Assembly (NCBI GenBank): GCA_040954595.2
Contig: CM082578.2
Span: 5,872,831-5,936,830, forward strand
From: Balanoglossus misakiensis
Lineage: Eukaryota; Animalia; Hemichordata
DNA length: 64,000 nt
Direction: 5' to 3'
In this document: in pieces, positions 29,001-40,575 of the stretch
Numbering within the stretch: the stretch's first letter is position 1
Layout of the letters: each line of letters starts with the position of its first letter
Program-made: the position numbers and the translations under genes
Notes under the pieces: model-generated
What the model was told of the DNA's origin: nothing
Database searches by the model: none
The model's input: the letters and a program-made list of their open reading frames with translations, nothing else

Positions 29001-31977
29001 GCAGTATAGGGTTTGCGCTAATAGGGGAGGACATATTCTCATCATCAAAGACACCAACGCGGCGCGACGACCCCTTCCCGTTAAATATTGCTGGTACAAA
29101 TGACTATATACATGTATAATTTCTCTTTTAGTGCATTTGTATTTAAATGGACAATGATGTGTTTTCACATATAACCAGTTTCGGCAAAACTAAATGTCAT
29201 TGGTTAACATCCCAGTTGCCATTAACATTCTATCTTTCTAATTTCAGACAACCGGAAAGCCCAAGAATGTTCTCATGAGATATATTTTAAATTAGACAGC
29301 CTGCAGGAGACTTTGGCGCAATTAAAGAAGAGAGACAGGGAAAAGGGTTATATGGTGGAGAGAGACTTGCTGTTCTTAATTGAAATGCGCATTGGCCTCA
29401 TAATGCAAATCATCAAATGTGGGTTGGAAAGGGATCCAGTCTCCACGGAGCCTTACTTATTCATTGAAATGGTTCTAAGAATACAAGGTATATTGTTGAA
29501 CGCATACCACAGAAATGTTGCCCCGGAGGACCCCAGTAAACTGACAGGAAGACTGGAAACCATCTTTAAGTTTGTGGTGGAAGGATGCTTTGGCAATATT
29601 AGAAATTTGGATGGTTACATTTGGACTGGAAGTACTAGTGAAGGATTCGCTCTGACTGACCATACCGAAGGCAGTGAAGCCTATCTCGATGACGAAATGG
29701 ACGTTATGATCCCTATTGGGACGATTGCAGAGGGACCAAATGTGGGCGACGAACACAGCCAGCCATCCTACGAGATATCTGAACCCGAGAGTGACCAATC
29801 TACAGACAGTGCGGGTCCCAGAACACGTTCTTCCCGTGAGGTGAAAGTTCGCCTAGATCAAGGGCAAGCTCCGTCTTTACGTGCGCATGGTGTAAAAAAT
29901 ACCGATCACAATGCCACGTCTTCTTCCACAGTGGATGAAAAGCAGGTCCCACAGGATGTTGACGAAGGAGACGCCACTCAAGAGCGGGCGGGGCAGAAGC
30001 CAGACTCTATCGATGATGAGCGTTCAACAGGAAAAAGTAGCCCTCTCCAGAAAGTTGTACAAGACCAACGAGATAAGACTTCAGAAGAGAGTGATGAGGT
30101 TGCCGAAACTGACCACAAAGACAATAATTATTCACCACAGAATGAAGTCAAGTCTGAGAACAGTGTTCTTGCGACTGTTGATAAAGGACCGGCCGGAAGC
30201 GCTGCAAGGAAGAAAAGACCAAAGGGTCCTGAAGTCTTCATAAGTGAGTTAGAAGATGTGGGAACACGACAAAGCCACGATTCGCCTCTTATCTGGGTGC
30301 AAACATCACTTCCCGGCTACGTGAACGTACAAATACCAACTGAGAAGGAGAACTTATTCAGCAATGGCCTTCTTGAAAACCTCTGTACTACCAGAACAGA
30401 AACCGGTACAGAAAATATCTACTTGTCAAGGTCAAAGCTCTTGAAAGTCCAGGAAGACTTCGTACGCTCCGAAATACCATGTGTCCAATACTGCCTTGAT
30501 ATTGTACCTCCAGTTTGGGGTGAAAACCGAGGAACTTTAGCATTAGAGCAACAGGGACCAGTTCAGACACTGCATCTACACCAAAGCTTGAAGTCAAGAG
30601 AAGGTACTAGAGATTGAACATTAGTAGCTCATTGTGATGATACGGCAATATTCAACTTACATGGTTATCCTGACTGAACTGAAGACACATAATGTTTTCT
30701 TTTACAATAGAGTCCTACAGGTACTATGCTGTAAGACGACATCACGTTACACCTTTGATATATATTCCCGGGTATATTTAGTGTTGATGGGTTTCTTTTA
30801 AATGTAATAGCTCTGTTAAAACGCATTTTCTGAACTCTAATAGCAGCATGGTTGTACCACAATACAATGGTGTGCCAATATTGCATGGACAGTCCCCATA
30901 AATGGAGCCTGGGTTTAAACTTCACCCCTTATGTTTCAGCTCTGAAAGGAGGCAACTACACAACTGCAGAGTTCGACCAAACAATCGACGTAGCTTTGGT
31001 TTTATCGTGCACCTCTTGGCCATCACAGGCAGAGGAATGGATTTCAAGAGAGCGACAGTGGCCATCTAGAGATGTTGTCCAAAGAATCCTAACAGAGGGG
31101 TGTCACGTGGTTCCTAAGGCATATCCCGGTTCAGAAGGTGACGACGAACTCCAATGGAGGCTCTCGTTTTCATTGGCTGAGAGAACACTAGCAAACACAT
31201 TCATGCCATGGCAAAGGACCACCTATCTCGTTCTAAAGAAGCTTTGGCGTCGATATCTGAAGGTAAGTGTGCCCGATGATGCCATACTTTAAAACAGTTG
31301 TGGAACCGAATGTGCATTTATCCACGCGTACCCACGGGTGGTGTACGGTGTACTAGTATACAAACACGAGTAAAACTATCCAGAGATACCTTACATGTTT
31401 GTCTGTCTAGACATTTTGTTGTGGAATAAAAAATAACAGTTCAAGGAGAATGTGGTTTCATCGTCTAAGATATGTTCTACCATAAAAGGGTAATTATATA
31501 CTGATATTGGTATGACGTGGCGTATATTTTTAGGAACCCAAGGTAATTTCATCCTACCACATGAAGACGGCAATGTATTGGGTTTCAGAGCAGATCCCAC
31601 CTCACAAGTGGCAGGAAGGTAACCTCGGCCGATACTACTTGGATGTTCTAAGCAAGCTCATCGAATTTCTGGACAAGAGGACTGTCCCAAACTTCTTCCT
31701 TCCACACAATAACATGGTGAGCCATCTGCCAGAGACAGACATCGAAACCATCTTACAGAAGCTACGGGATATCAGAAAGAATCCACGCCGCTATCTGCAA
31801 CACTTGGTAACTCCATCTAACACATTTACTGTGTTTTCAGAGGAAGCGCAAGAGCCGTCAATAGAGACCGAGTATGGGCAGCATGCCATGTACAGAAAGA
31901 TGTTCAATGATTACTTTTTCAAGGTGACAGAGCCCGGTCGCGGTCCACCTCCACACATGCGTAAGAAGTTTCGGTGA
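22885..31977 (+). CDS. ARM-like repeats + Neuralized (NHR) domain + Mab-21/cGAS-like nucleotidyltransferase (cGLR), 1322 aa; exons 22885-22974, 23116-23329, 23844-23962, 24199-24343, 25026-25214, 25647-25861, 26153-26287, 26403-26634, 26906-26990, 27394-27563, 27972-28085, 28390-28527, 29248-30603, 30940-31262, 31534-31977
   Basis: 15 exons splice GT-AG with matching phases into one stop-free 3969-nt frame. ARM-like: LSILHNLAK, LVLSYVID, GYSLQELLEGLENLTLHPQNKEKI, ILLLNYSDVSVSFADAMANAGLV. NHR: FNNKAVFVTDKPLQDNQMFEIKIDK, DDRIGIARRPNGTLHFFLNGEHKGVA, VYPVVAVTGKCLQVSI. Mab-21: TGSTSEG..DEMDVM, PGYV, QGP, IDVALVL, WPSQAEEWISRERQWPS, GCHVVPK, QWRLSFSLAERTL, SSYHMKT, PNFFLPHNNM. Confidence 0.9.
25937..26093. 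repeat. (TATG)n + (TCTA)n intronic microsatellite
   Basis: Directly visible. Confidence 0.97.
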
Positions 31978-32699
31978 ACATATTTGTATACATGTACAGC
32001 TGAATTTCTCAAGGCAGTTAGCCAAAATTATCGACGACAATTATTATCAGTAGGCGACAACCAGTCTTGGCACACAGGCTGGTTTGATAGATTTATTTTA
32101 GATGTGTGTTTACAAACAGACCTTTTGTTTCATGTCATTGATTGTGAGCAACTATTTGTGACAATGGGTTGGCCAAGTGTGAGTGTAAACTGTCTTATGT
32201 GTGCAGTAGACAACACCGAAACACCTGACATAACGTTCTGCTCTCTTTTTTGCCGGAAGACCATATATCCATCTTTCACGGACTTGACTTTGTTGTGTGT
32301 GTGTGTGTTGTTGTTGTTGTTGTTGTTGTTGTTGATTGTCTTTGCTGTGCTAAATCGTTTTTGTGACTAGTTTGTCTTTGCAACTGGCCATGTAAATACT
32401 GTATATTTGTTCTATGAACTTTAAAATATGAATCACAGCACTGAAGTTCAAACCATGTATCAGTACATGTTGAGTTAGAGAACACGAAAAACGAAAATTA
32501 AAGTTTACTGATAATCACAACTTTAAATTCATCCGTTTTGGTGCCACTTGTACCCATAAAAATGACACAATGTCATACGGAATACGGCTATTTTGAAGAG
32601 ACTTTAGACAGACAATCAAAATGCCGAATTGATGAAGATAATATCTTTTGAATAAGTTCACAGCTGGTTTCATATTCTTTCACTTGTGTATTCATGGAA

Positions 32700-33715
32700 A
32701 GCAAACTCAAATTAAGTATGGTGGGTTATGTGCCCCAGATATGCTTGTCTTTTGTAATTCTTTTCGGATTTCTTGGATCAAAAGACTTTGGGATAATTCT
32801 GTTAAACACCCCTGGAAAGATGTTTTAAGTGACAGGTTGAAACCAGTAGAGGTAAATTTGTGTTCGACTGTAATTACAGTGTGGAGACTCTCCCTATGTA
32901 TGTGGATAGTTTTTATTGTGAAGCACTGAATGCATGGTTTTATTTAAGGAATATCAACCACAATAATTCTTTTGCGAATTGTATTATTTCGAATAACAAA
33001 AATAACATTATAGAAGGAAAGTCTGTTTACTTTAAGAACATCTACGAAAAAGGGATTTGCTATCTCTCTGATTTAAAAGAGGGTGGTTATTTCAGAGGCT
33101 TTAAGAAATTATAGAGATGTATAATCTTACCGTTGCTCAAGCTTTTAAGCTTTCTTGTATTTGGGATGCACTTTCCTCTGAAGTAAAGCGAGAGCACCCT
33201 CCTGTATCAACAGATACTGCAAATATTTCACTAGATATTTTCCCGATTTTTATAAATGGCATATTTGTCAACATTCTGGACGTTACAAAAAATTTATTAA
33301 GAATACTTTAAGGGGTAGAAAAGTTGATTTTGCTATTAGCACCATTTATATTTTGAGAGAATTTCACATTTTTCCTGGTGAGCTCTCGAAGCTGTATACA
33401 CTTCCTTTTATTTGTTGTATTGATAACAGAGCTAGATTATTTCAATTGAAGCTTTTGCATCGTATTCTTCACACAAACTACGATTTGTTTAAAATAACTG
33501 CCTTGAAGGTGGTTGACCTATTATGTACTTTTTGCGAGGGGGACATTGAAACGAGAAATCAATTGTTTTACGCCTGTATTCATGTTAAAAAAAATATGGG
33601 GCACTTTTAAAACCGTATTTAAGGAGTTAATAAGTCACTTGGAATTTCTTACACTTCAGCATATTATTTTGGGTTCGTTAACATTTACAAATCTTTTAAA
33701 TCATCTTCTGAACAT
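32700..33715 (+). mobile_element. L1/Tx1-clade LINE fragment (post-RT and zf-RVT), degenerate
   Basis: GGLCAPDM..ISWIKRL..PWK, FYCEALNAW, RLFQLKLLHRILHTN..LCTFCEGDIETRNQLFYAC with frameshifts; abuts the 5' boundary of AKR duplicate 2. Confidence 0.8.
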
Positions 33716-34305
33716 CGATCTTCTGATTTTAATATCAGCCTCAACTGTCATTGTTTCTGAAAAAAATAACATAGCCAAGATATTTGTGTTGAGACATGAC
33801 ATTTAAAATCTTACCCCCGAGAAGAGGGGGTATCTTAGATTTTAAACAATTCTTATTTCGTCATTTAAAAGTGTAGATAAACCTAACTACACCAATAAAA
33901 CCCAATGTCGTACCTGACTTGCCAATCTGAGGCGCGCCATGTACATGTATGCTGACCGGGTCAGAATAAGTTGAAAGGTCACACAAAGTATACGTGATTC
34001 TGACTACAGTCTGCTGCTAGTATATCTGGATCTGGATCGATCGCTCAGCCACACACTTCAGCGATAGCTGCACGTGACCTTGCTTGCAGATAGATTGGGG
34101 CGGGTATATGAGTCTAGATTAACTGTTTATAGCGCCTACCTATAACTCCGCGCACTAATTCGTGTTGATCTCTCGCTGGCTGAACTCTCCAATCGTCAAG
34201 CCCTACTTCCGCCTGCAATTGTATCGCCTGAAACATACGATACCTCGTGTTGATCCCTCGCTGAAAATCTCTCCCTCCAACGCTGGCGCGATATTCTTTT
34301 AAAGT

Positions 34306-37300
34306 ATGACAACGCAAATTCCGTCACTGACACTAAATAATGGCATTAGCATGCCGCTAGTTGGCCTTGGAACATTACTGGTGAGTATATGTTTGTTCAT
34401 ACCATGCACTGTTGTATGTAGCATTTTGAAGCAAAGCGGAAAAAATACGGGGAGGCTATGTTGCATGCGGAATGACCTTGGAACGATTTTAGCAAAATGT
34501 AGTGTTTGTAGAAATGGTGGTATCCTTAAATGTTATAAGCGTTGGTTTTATGGCGGTTTAAAAGTTCAAACCATAGGGGCACAGAAATAATTATGATATG
34601 GGTGTGTTGTTGTTGTTGTAGTTGTTGTTGTTGTTTTTGCATATTAAAATTGATCATTGACTCGACTAATTTCTTGTTGAATGGAAAAACAGCGTACCAC
34701 GATAAAGTCAATCCATTTTCGATGGACCTAAGTTTTCAAAATTCAACAACTGGCTGAGCAACTGATTAAACAGCTATTTATGGGGGCGCTGTGTACATGT
34801 ATCTGGTGGCTGCAGGTAGGAACGTTGGAATGCTGGTAGTTATCCTTGGTACAGATAATAACATGTTAGTAAACGTTTCAGATCAAACCCGAAGAAACTG
34901 TTGCGGCTGTGAGGGCTGCGATCAACATCGGATATAGACACATCGATACTGCATACGCTTATCAAAATGAAGAACAGATTGGCCAAGCAATCCAAGAAGT
35001 TCTGGCTGAAGGCGTTGTCAAACGGGAAGAGCTCTTCATTGTTACTAAGGTATGTCGACAGAGTATCAATTACAGACATGCGTATCAGGGACATATCAAT
35101 TCCATGTTGCGGTTGTAAGGAATTATTATCAGTTTGAGCTGGAAACAACCAACAGGACAGCGCTCTTTACTACAATGTTCAAAATACCAGCAACGAATGC
35201 CAAACTGGCAACACCGTATTTCTTTGATGGGAGCGACAAGTTATCTCTAAAATTGTAACAACGTCTCAATTTAGTAGACAAAAAGGCGCCCCATCCCAAT
35301 TGCGCAGTTGAAGTAGTGCGTGTAAAATGTACTTTAATCGGAAACGACCAATGAAATGTTTTCTTGTTTCACATTACTGAGTTTTCATTTGTTTATCTAA
35401 CTTTACTGTCGCCAGCTTTATGGTCAATTCTTATCCCCGGAGCATGTTCGTGAAGGTTTTGACCAATCATTGAAGATGCTGAAAGTCGACTACATTGACC
35501 TATATTTGATGCATACCCCATTTGCAATGAAGGTACGTATATACATGTAGGACTGATTTGAAATGTGCCTCTAGCCTGTCTGCGGTAAACGCCAAACAGT
35601 CGATATTGCTGTTAATAATGTGGAGACTGGGACCCCCAACTTGTTGCCTAACAAAGTGTTATTGTTAACCATGATCATTACGCTCTGCCTTTTACAGTAA
35701 TTTTCCTCTGCCTTCAAATAGATTTCAGTGATGTAAACACCACTTCACAAGCCTGACACATCCTTCAGAAATGTATCTTAGAAACTGTTTTTGTCATGCA
35801 ATGATTGACTGACATCACATTGGATTTCTCCCAGTATGACAGGTCTACGCTGTATCCTGAAAATGAGAAGGGAGAATATCTCACAGAGATAGTGGACTAC
35901 GTGGACACATGGAAAGTGGGTATATTATAAGACATTGAAGTTGAACAATAGCATTTTGAAAGTAAAATAACAATGTCATATATTTTGAAAATTTCGCGAA
36001 TCACGCGAGAACTATGACGAATTTGTGCGCATTACGCAAGAACTATGACGTCATTTTCTATACTGGCGATCAGAGAAATAAAAAAAATTCGCAAAAAAAA
36101 AAAAAAAACTTCCCGACCTACCATACCCTATATTTGAAAACCGTGTTATCGGAAAAGCACATTTTTTTATTTGGCCTTAGTAGGGTTAACTGAAATGTAA
36201 CATAAGCCTACCCCTTCTCTTACCGTTATCAGATCACTTTGATGATTATGGTTATTCGGGGAGTCATGTATAATAATGTTTTCACAATGTTCTGCCTTCA
36301 AATGATAGGAAATGGAAAAACTGGTGGACGAAGGTCTGGTCAAGTCAATTGGGGTCTCTAACTTCAACTCCAAACAGATTGAACGAATTCTACTCGCTGC
36401 CAAGCACAAGCCTGTGGTCAATGAAGTACGTGCGTATCTTGTACATTCTGTGATTCCTCGCTTGGCATCCATAGATTGAGAGAGGTGCTTGATTCGCTCT
36501 TCCATGAATTTATAATTGGCATTACACCCAGCTACAACTTGCCTTGTGTTGTGTTGTACATGTAGTTGCCTGGGGATACTTATGATTTCATGATTACATT
36601 TTATCTTGCAGATCGAAGTACATCCATATTTTGTAAGAAAAAAGCTGATCAAGTTCTGCCAATCGAAAGGAATAGTTGTGACGGCCTTCTCTTCATTAGG
36701 CGCACCCGCTCATCCAAAGTACAGCGTAACATACATACTTAACTATAAGTAACTTTTATCCCTTGGCATAGTTTGAGGCTTACTTGCCCCGGTTTGCCAG
36801 AATGGTCCGGCGAAGCTTCAGTGAACCCAGAATGTCCTCCCTCTGCTCCACACATTCAGCCACGTTTATAATATTCTGTTATTGACCAAAATATATAATG
36901 TATAGCATAAGGTATGATATGAGTATGATTATTATATAACGTGATATATTGATATGTACGGTATGATATATACATGTAGGAATATGATATATATACATGT
37001 AATATATCGACTACTTCATCTTTTGTGAACAGCTTACTTGAAAACGTTCCCAAGTTTATGGATGACTCTGTGGTGAAAGCTATTGCTAAAAAGTACCAGA
37101 AATCGCCCGCACAAGTTCTCCTTCGATACTCAATCAACCTTGGATGTGTTGTCATACCCAAGAGTGTTAATCCTGACCACATGAAAGAAAACACTCAGGT
37201 ATTTTAAAATGAGGTTATGAGGTCATAAGAACTGTTCTCCGTCGAAGCTTCAGAAACAACCATCATCGTCATCGTATTTGTTGTAGAATAAAAATATTCT

Positions 37301-38223
37301 CTCAAATAGAGTAGAGATTAATCTGCAAAATATAGCGTATAATCTGGCTCAATTAAACGCACACTAGTACATTTGTAATAATTTGTTGAATGGTGGGAGG
37401 TTAAAGCAAATATTCCCGATAAACCTCTACACTCACACGATCCGGGTGCATTCAATACATTGGAGCAAAAACGCCGATCCCCCCCCCCCACCCCCGCAAA
37501 AAAAATAATAGCGGGGATAGACTATAGATAACCATTCTTGTTCATTCTATCCGCAGATATTTGATTTTGAACTGAGCCAAGAAGACATGGCAACCTTAGA
37601 GAAACACAATCGTGGCAAGCCAATTTCTGTGGTTTGGCAAAGGTAGGTACGATTTGACAGTAATTATATACCATCTAAGGTATCGTGTCAACGTCCATTT
37701 TCGTGATTTAAAAATAAATTATCTGGATAAAATTGGTGAGGAGTTTATCGCATCACTTGCATAGCCCATGCAGTGTAACAACATAAGTAGTTAACGTATT
37801 AGGAGTGAATTCCACGATTGATTATGTTTCATGGATGTCGCAATACACTATCAATATATAATACGTTTTAACTACATTAAAACATCCTTATGTATATCAC
37901 CTGGCAGCCAGGTCGGGTCCAAACCTTACACATGTCCAAACAATGGCCATAGAAGCATGATACAAATGCATTTTCATTTCTTATCGAATGACGTATTGTA
38001 CCCACTGGCAATATACATGTATGTTTCATGGATATGTCAGGCGCTTGGTGTCAATAACAAAGTTCAGAAATTTAAGTTTTAAGAGATTGGAACTCGACCA
38101 CGCCGATTCGCGTAGCCGAATAGTCAACACGCAAGCAATACAGCGAAATCCCACACAGATATACCTAACCCTAATCTTTACAGGTTTAAGGACCACCCTC
38201 ACTACCCGTTCAATGAAGAGTGA
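34306..38223 (+). CDS. Aldo-keto reductase family 1-like, copy 2, 318 aa; exons 34306-34380, 34882-35049, 35416-35532, 35835-35915, 36309-36425, 36612-36718, 37033-37198, 37557-37642, 38184-38223
   Basis: Same exon lengths and phases as copy 1, intact tetrad and frame; duplicated block approximately 14808-19800 vs 33733-38456. Confidence 0.95.
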
Positions 38224-39159
38224 TGTCCTTTGCGGCCGGCGATGGCTACGATAAAAGTGTACCCCATCTAATCTATGTAAAATAAACTATTGGAGAGAAG
38301 ACAATCGTAGGCTAGATTAAGTGGTGACATGTGCAGTCCAGCAATTCCTGTTAAGGCCACGTCTCAACTATTCCTCAAAACAGCTTACCTGTCATTCCTT
38401 GTTTCTTGAATTAACCCCTAAATTGACAATAAACCATTTGATCCAGGCAATAGCTGAAGACCCGGGTACATGAAACATTCATCTTTGTGTGAGTAAAGCA
38501 CCATAAACAAATATCAATAGCCATCAATTCAATAGTAGTTCTCGCGGTTAAAAAAAGTTCCCTCGGTAATTGCTTCTTGTTATTTTTCTAGTAATTAAAC
38601 ATATAACAATTAATAAATACATTGTACAAGTTGTATGTATCATCAGTTTGAAGATGAGGTCGTTCCAGTTTTCATGAAATAAGTGGACACATCTTTTGGT
38701 AATGTAACACAGGAACAATGGACACACACACAACTGTTAGAGTTCACTTCCAAAGAGCATTTTATTCCACGATATTAAATGATCCACCCCCCCCCCTTAC
38801 AGGGATTTCTGAACTTACGTTCGTTTTGCAGTTGTGACAACTGACCCGGTTAGTGAGGGTCAGTCTGTCAGGAAATGGAATTGGTTGTTAGCTAAACCGG
38901 AAGAATTTGAGTCTTTTACGTAATGGCAAAAGTCAACTAATGGTGATATTTATACTATAATTTCAAGTTTGTGAATAATCATGGAGTAGCAAGCCGTATG
39001 GACCAAATGCGAATGCATCAGTTAAATTTGACAACTTGCAAAATACATTCAGATTACAGTTTAAAAGTTACAGATGAACTTTCCAAGGTTAGATTTGGAC
39101 GATTCTTGTGTTGTTATATAAAACTGTAGCTAAACTTACCAAACCAATAAAAACCATGG

Positions 39160-39525
39160 CGCGCCTGACTGGCCAAACTTCTGATCTGACATGTATGCTG
39201 ACCGGGGTCAGAATAAGTTGGAAGGTCACACAAAGCAAACGTGATTTTGATTCTAATCTGACGGTTCGACACTGAGTAGGCCTATATGTATACTTCCGAT
39301 CATGATCGATCGCTCAGCAAAACTTCAGATAGCCGCACGTGACCCTTCCTTGCTTGCAACTAGACTTTCATTGATGTACATGTATGGCGGACAGGTATAC
39401 TGTATAAGAGATAAACTGTTCAGCGCCTACCTATACCTCCACGCACTACACTCGTGTTGATCTCTAGCCTCGCTACAGCTGAATTCTCCAATCGTCTAAC
39501 CCCTACCTCCGCCTGTATACTTGCA
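39160..39525 (+). promoter_or_regulatory. Third, orphan copy of the AKR promoter/5'UTR region (no AKR coding exon follows)
   Basis: Colinear with ~14965-15270 and ~33910-34220 (TATGCTGACCGGGGTCAGAATAAGTTG, GATCGATCGCTCAGC, GCACGTGACC, AGCGCCTACCTATACCTCC, TCGTGTTGATCTCT). Confidence 0.75.
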
Positions 39526-39987
39526 CTGCCTTCCACGTACGAAACCTCCGCGCACACGTGTAACTCATTGGACCATCAGCCTAGCCCCGAATTCGATACT
39601 CGGCTCTGTACCAGAAAGTCACTCAAAGCAAGCAAACACACGAAAAGTATTAAGACTATAGAATCTTTATAACGGCAAAACAAATCACCAAGCGACCAGT
39701 GGGCTTGTCTAGAGATCAGGTGGTATATAGCATGAGTTTACCAAAAGAGGGCGCAATTTATCGCGCATACAAGCAGTCACGTCAGCGCCAGGAGGGGCGC
39801 AGAAGCACAGAAGAAGAAAAAAGCTGGTAGACAACAAAACCTATTTAGTTTCGGTCATATTAATAGTTATATGCTTTCCCTAAATAAATCTATGACAAAC
39901 ATACTAATTTAAGCAAATGTACTAAATGTTAAACAACTGAATCCCGATGATCATTTGAAACACTAGTGTAAAGGCAGAAAGACTACT

Positions 39988-40575
39988 ATGACGGCAGAGG
40001 CACATGTAACGATAGGAAGGCTCTCGGTTGCAGAGATGCGGAACTTATGCTACAACCACGACTGCAAGCTGATATACATCGAGCTGCCTGGTGATTTGCC
40101 GGAGCAACTTATGTGCTCGCTGTGGGCTACGTCCCCTTGCACAGCTTTGGAAAAAAGTAAGTGTTTCGCGGAAGATGCCAAGAAACTCGGCGGTATTGTA
40201 AGGCGGATCAAAATCGAAGTGTTATTTCACAAGGCCTCTCAACAATTAAGCAGTGGTCAATACTGGGAGTTTCATTATACGCTGACTGCCACTTCTCGTG
40301 AGATGGCCTGCGCGGGTTTAGAAGATCATTTGGCTGAGCAAGGTTTTCCCGCTCGTTTGTCCCGCTCTTTATTGTCGAAGGAGGTGAAAGGCAAAGAAAA
40401 ATTCATATTGACTTTGAGACTGTACACTGGAACGAAAGACGAGGCCAGAGCCAAGCGCGAATCGGTTCGCCAGCTGGTGGAAAGCTGGCGTGACGGCATA
40501 CTGACCGTATGTAAAGTGGCCAGCGAGATTGCCATCTACGACGACAACGTAAACCTGGATAACGGATGGTTGTAA
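39988..40575 (+). CDS. Intronless 195-aa uncharacterised protein resembling a bacterial/giant-virus hypothetical family
   Basis: Complete ATG..TAA ORF with A at -3, AATAAA at 40603, visibly more GC-rich than its flanks; motifs EAHVT, KLIYIEL, EQLMCS, RIKIE, YWEFH, RLSRS, LTLR, ExAIYDxNxxLDxGW. Confidence 0.7.
   Translation: MTAEAHVTIGRLSVAEMRNLCYNHDCKLIYIELPGDLPEQLMCSLWATSPCTALEKSKCFAEDAKKLGGIVRRIKIEVLFHKASQQLSSGQYWEFHYTLTATSREMACAGLEDHLAEQGFPARLSRSLLSKEVKGKEKFILTLRLYTGTKDEARAKRESVRQLVESWRDGILTVCKVASEIAIYDDNVNLDNGWL

Noticed and set aside
29313-30617. 434-aa ORF as an independent or bacterial CD-NTase/CBASS gene
   Set aside because: It is exon 13 of a spliced metazoan gene, with the Mab-21 domain completed by two further exons; no operon context
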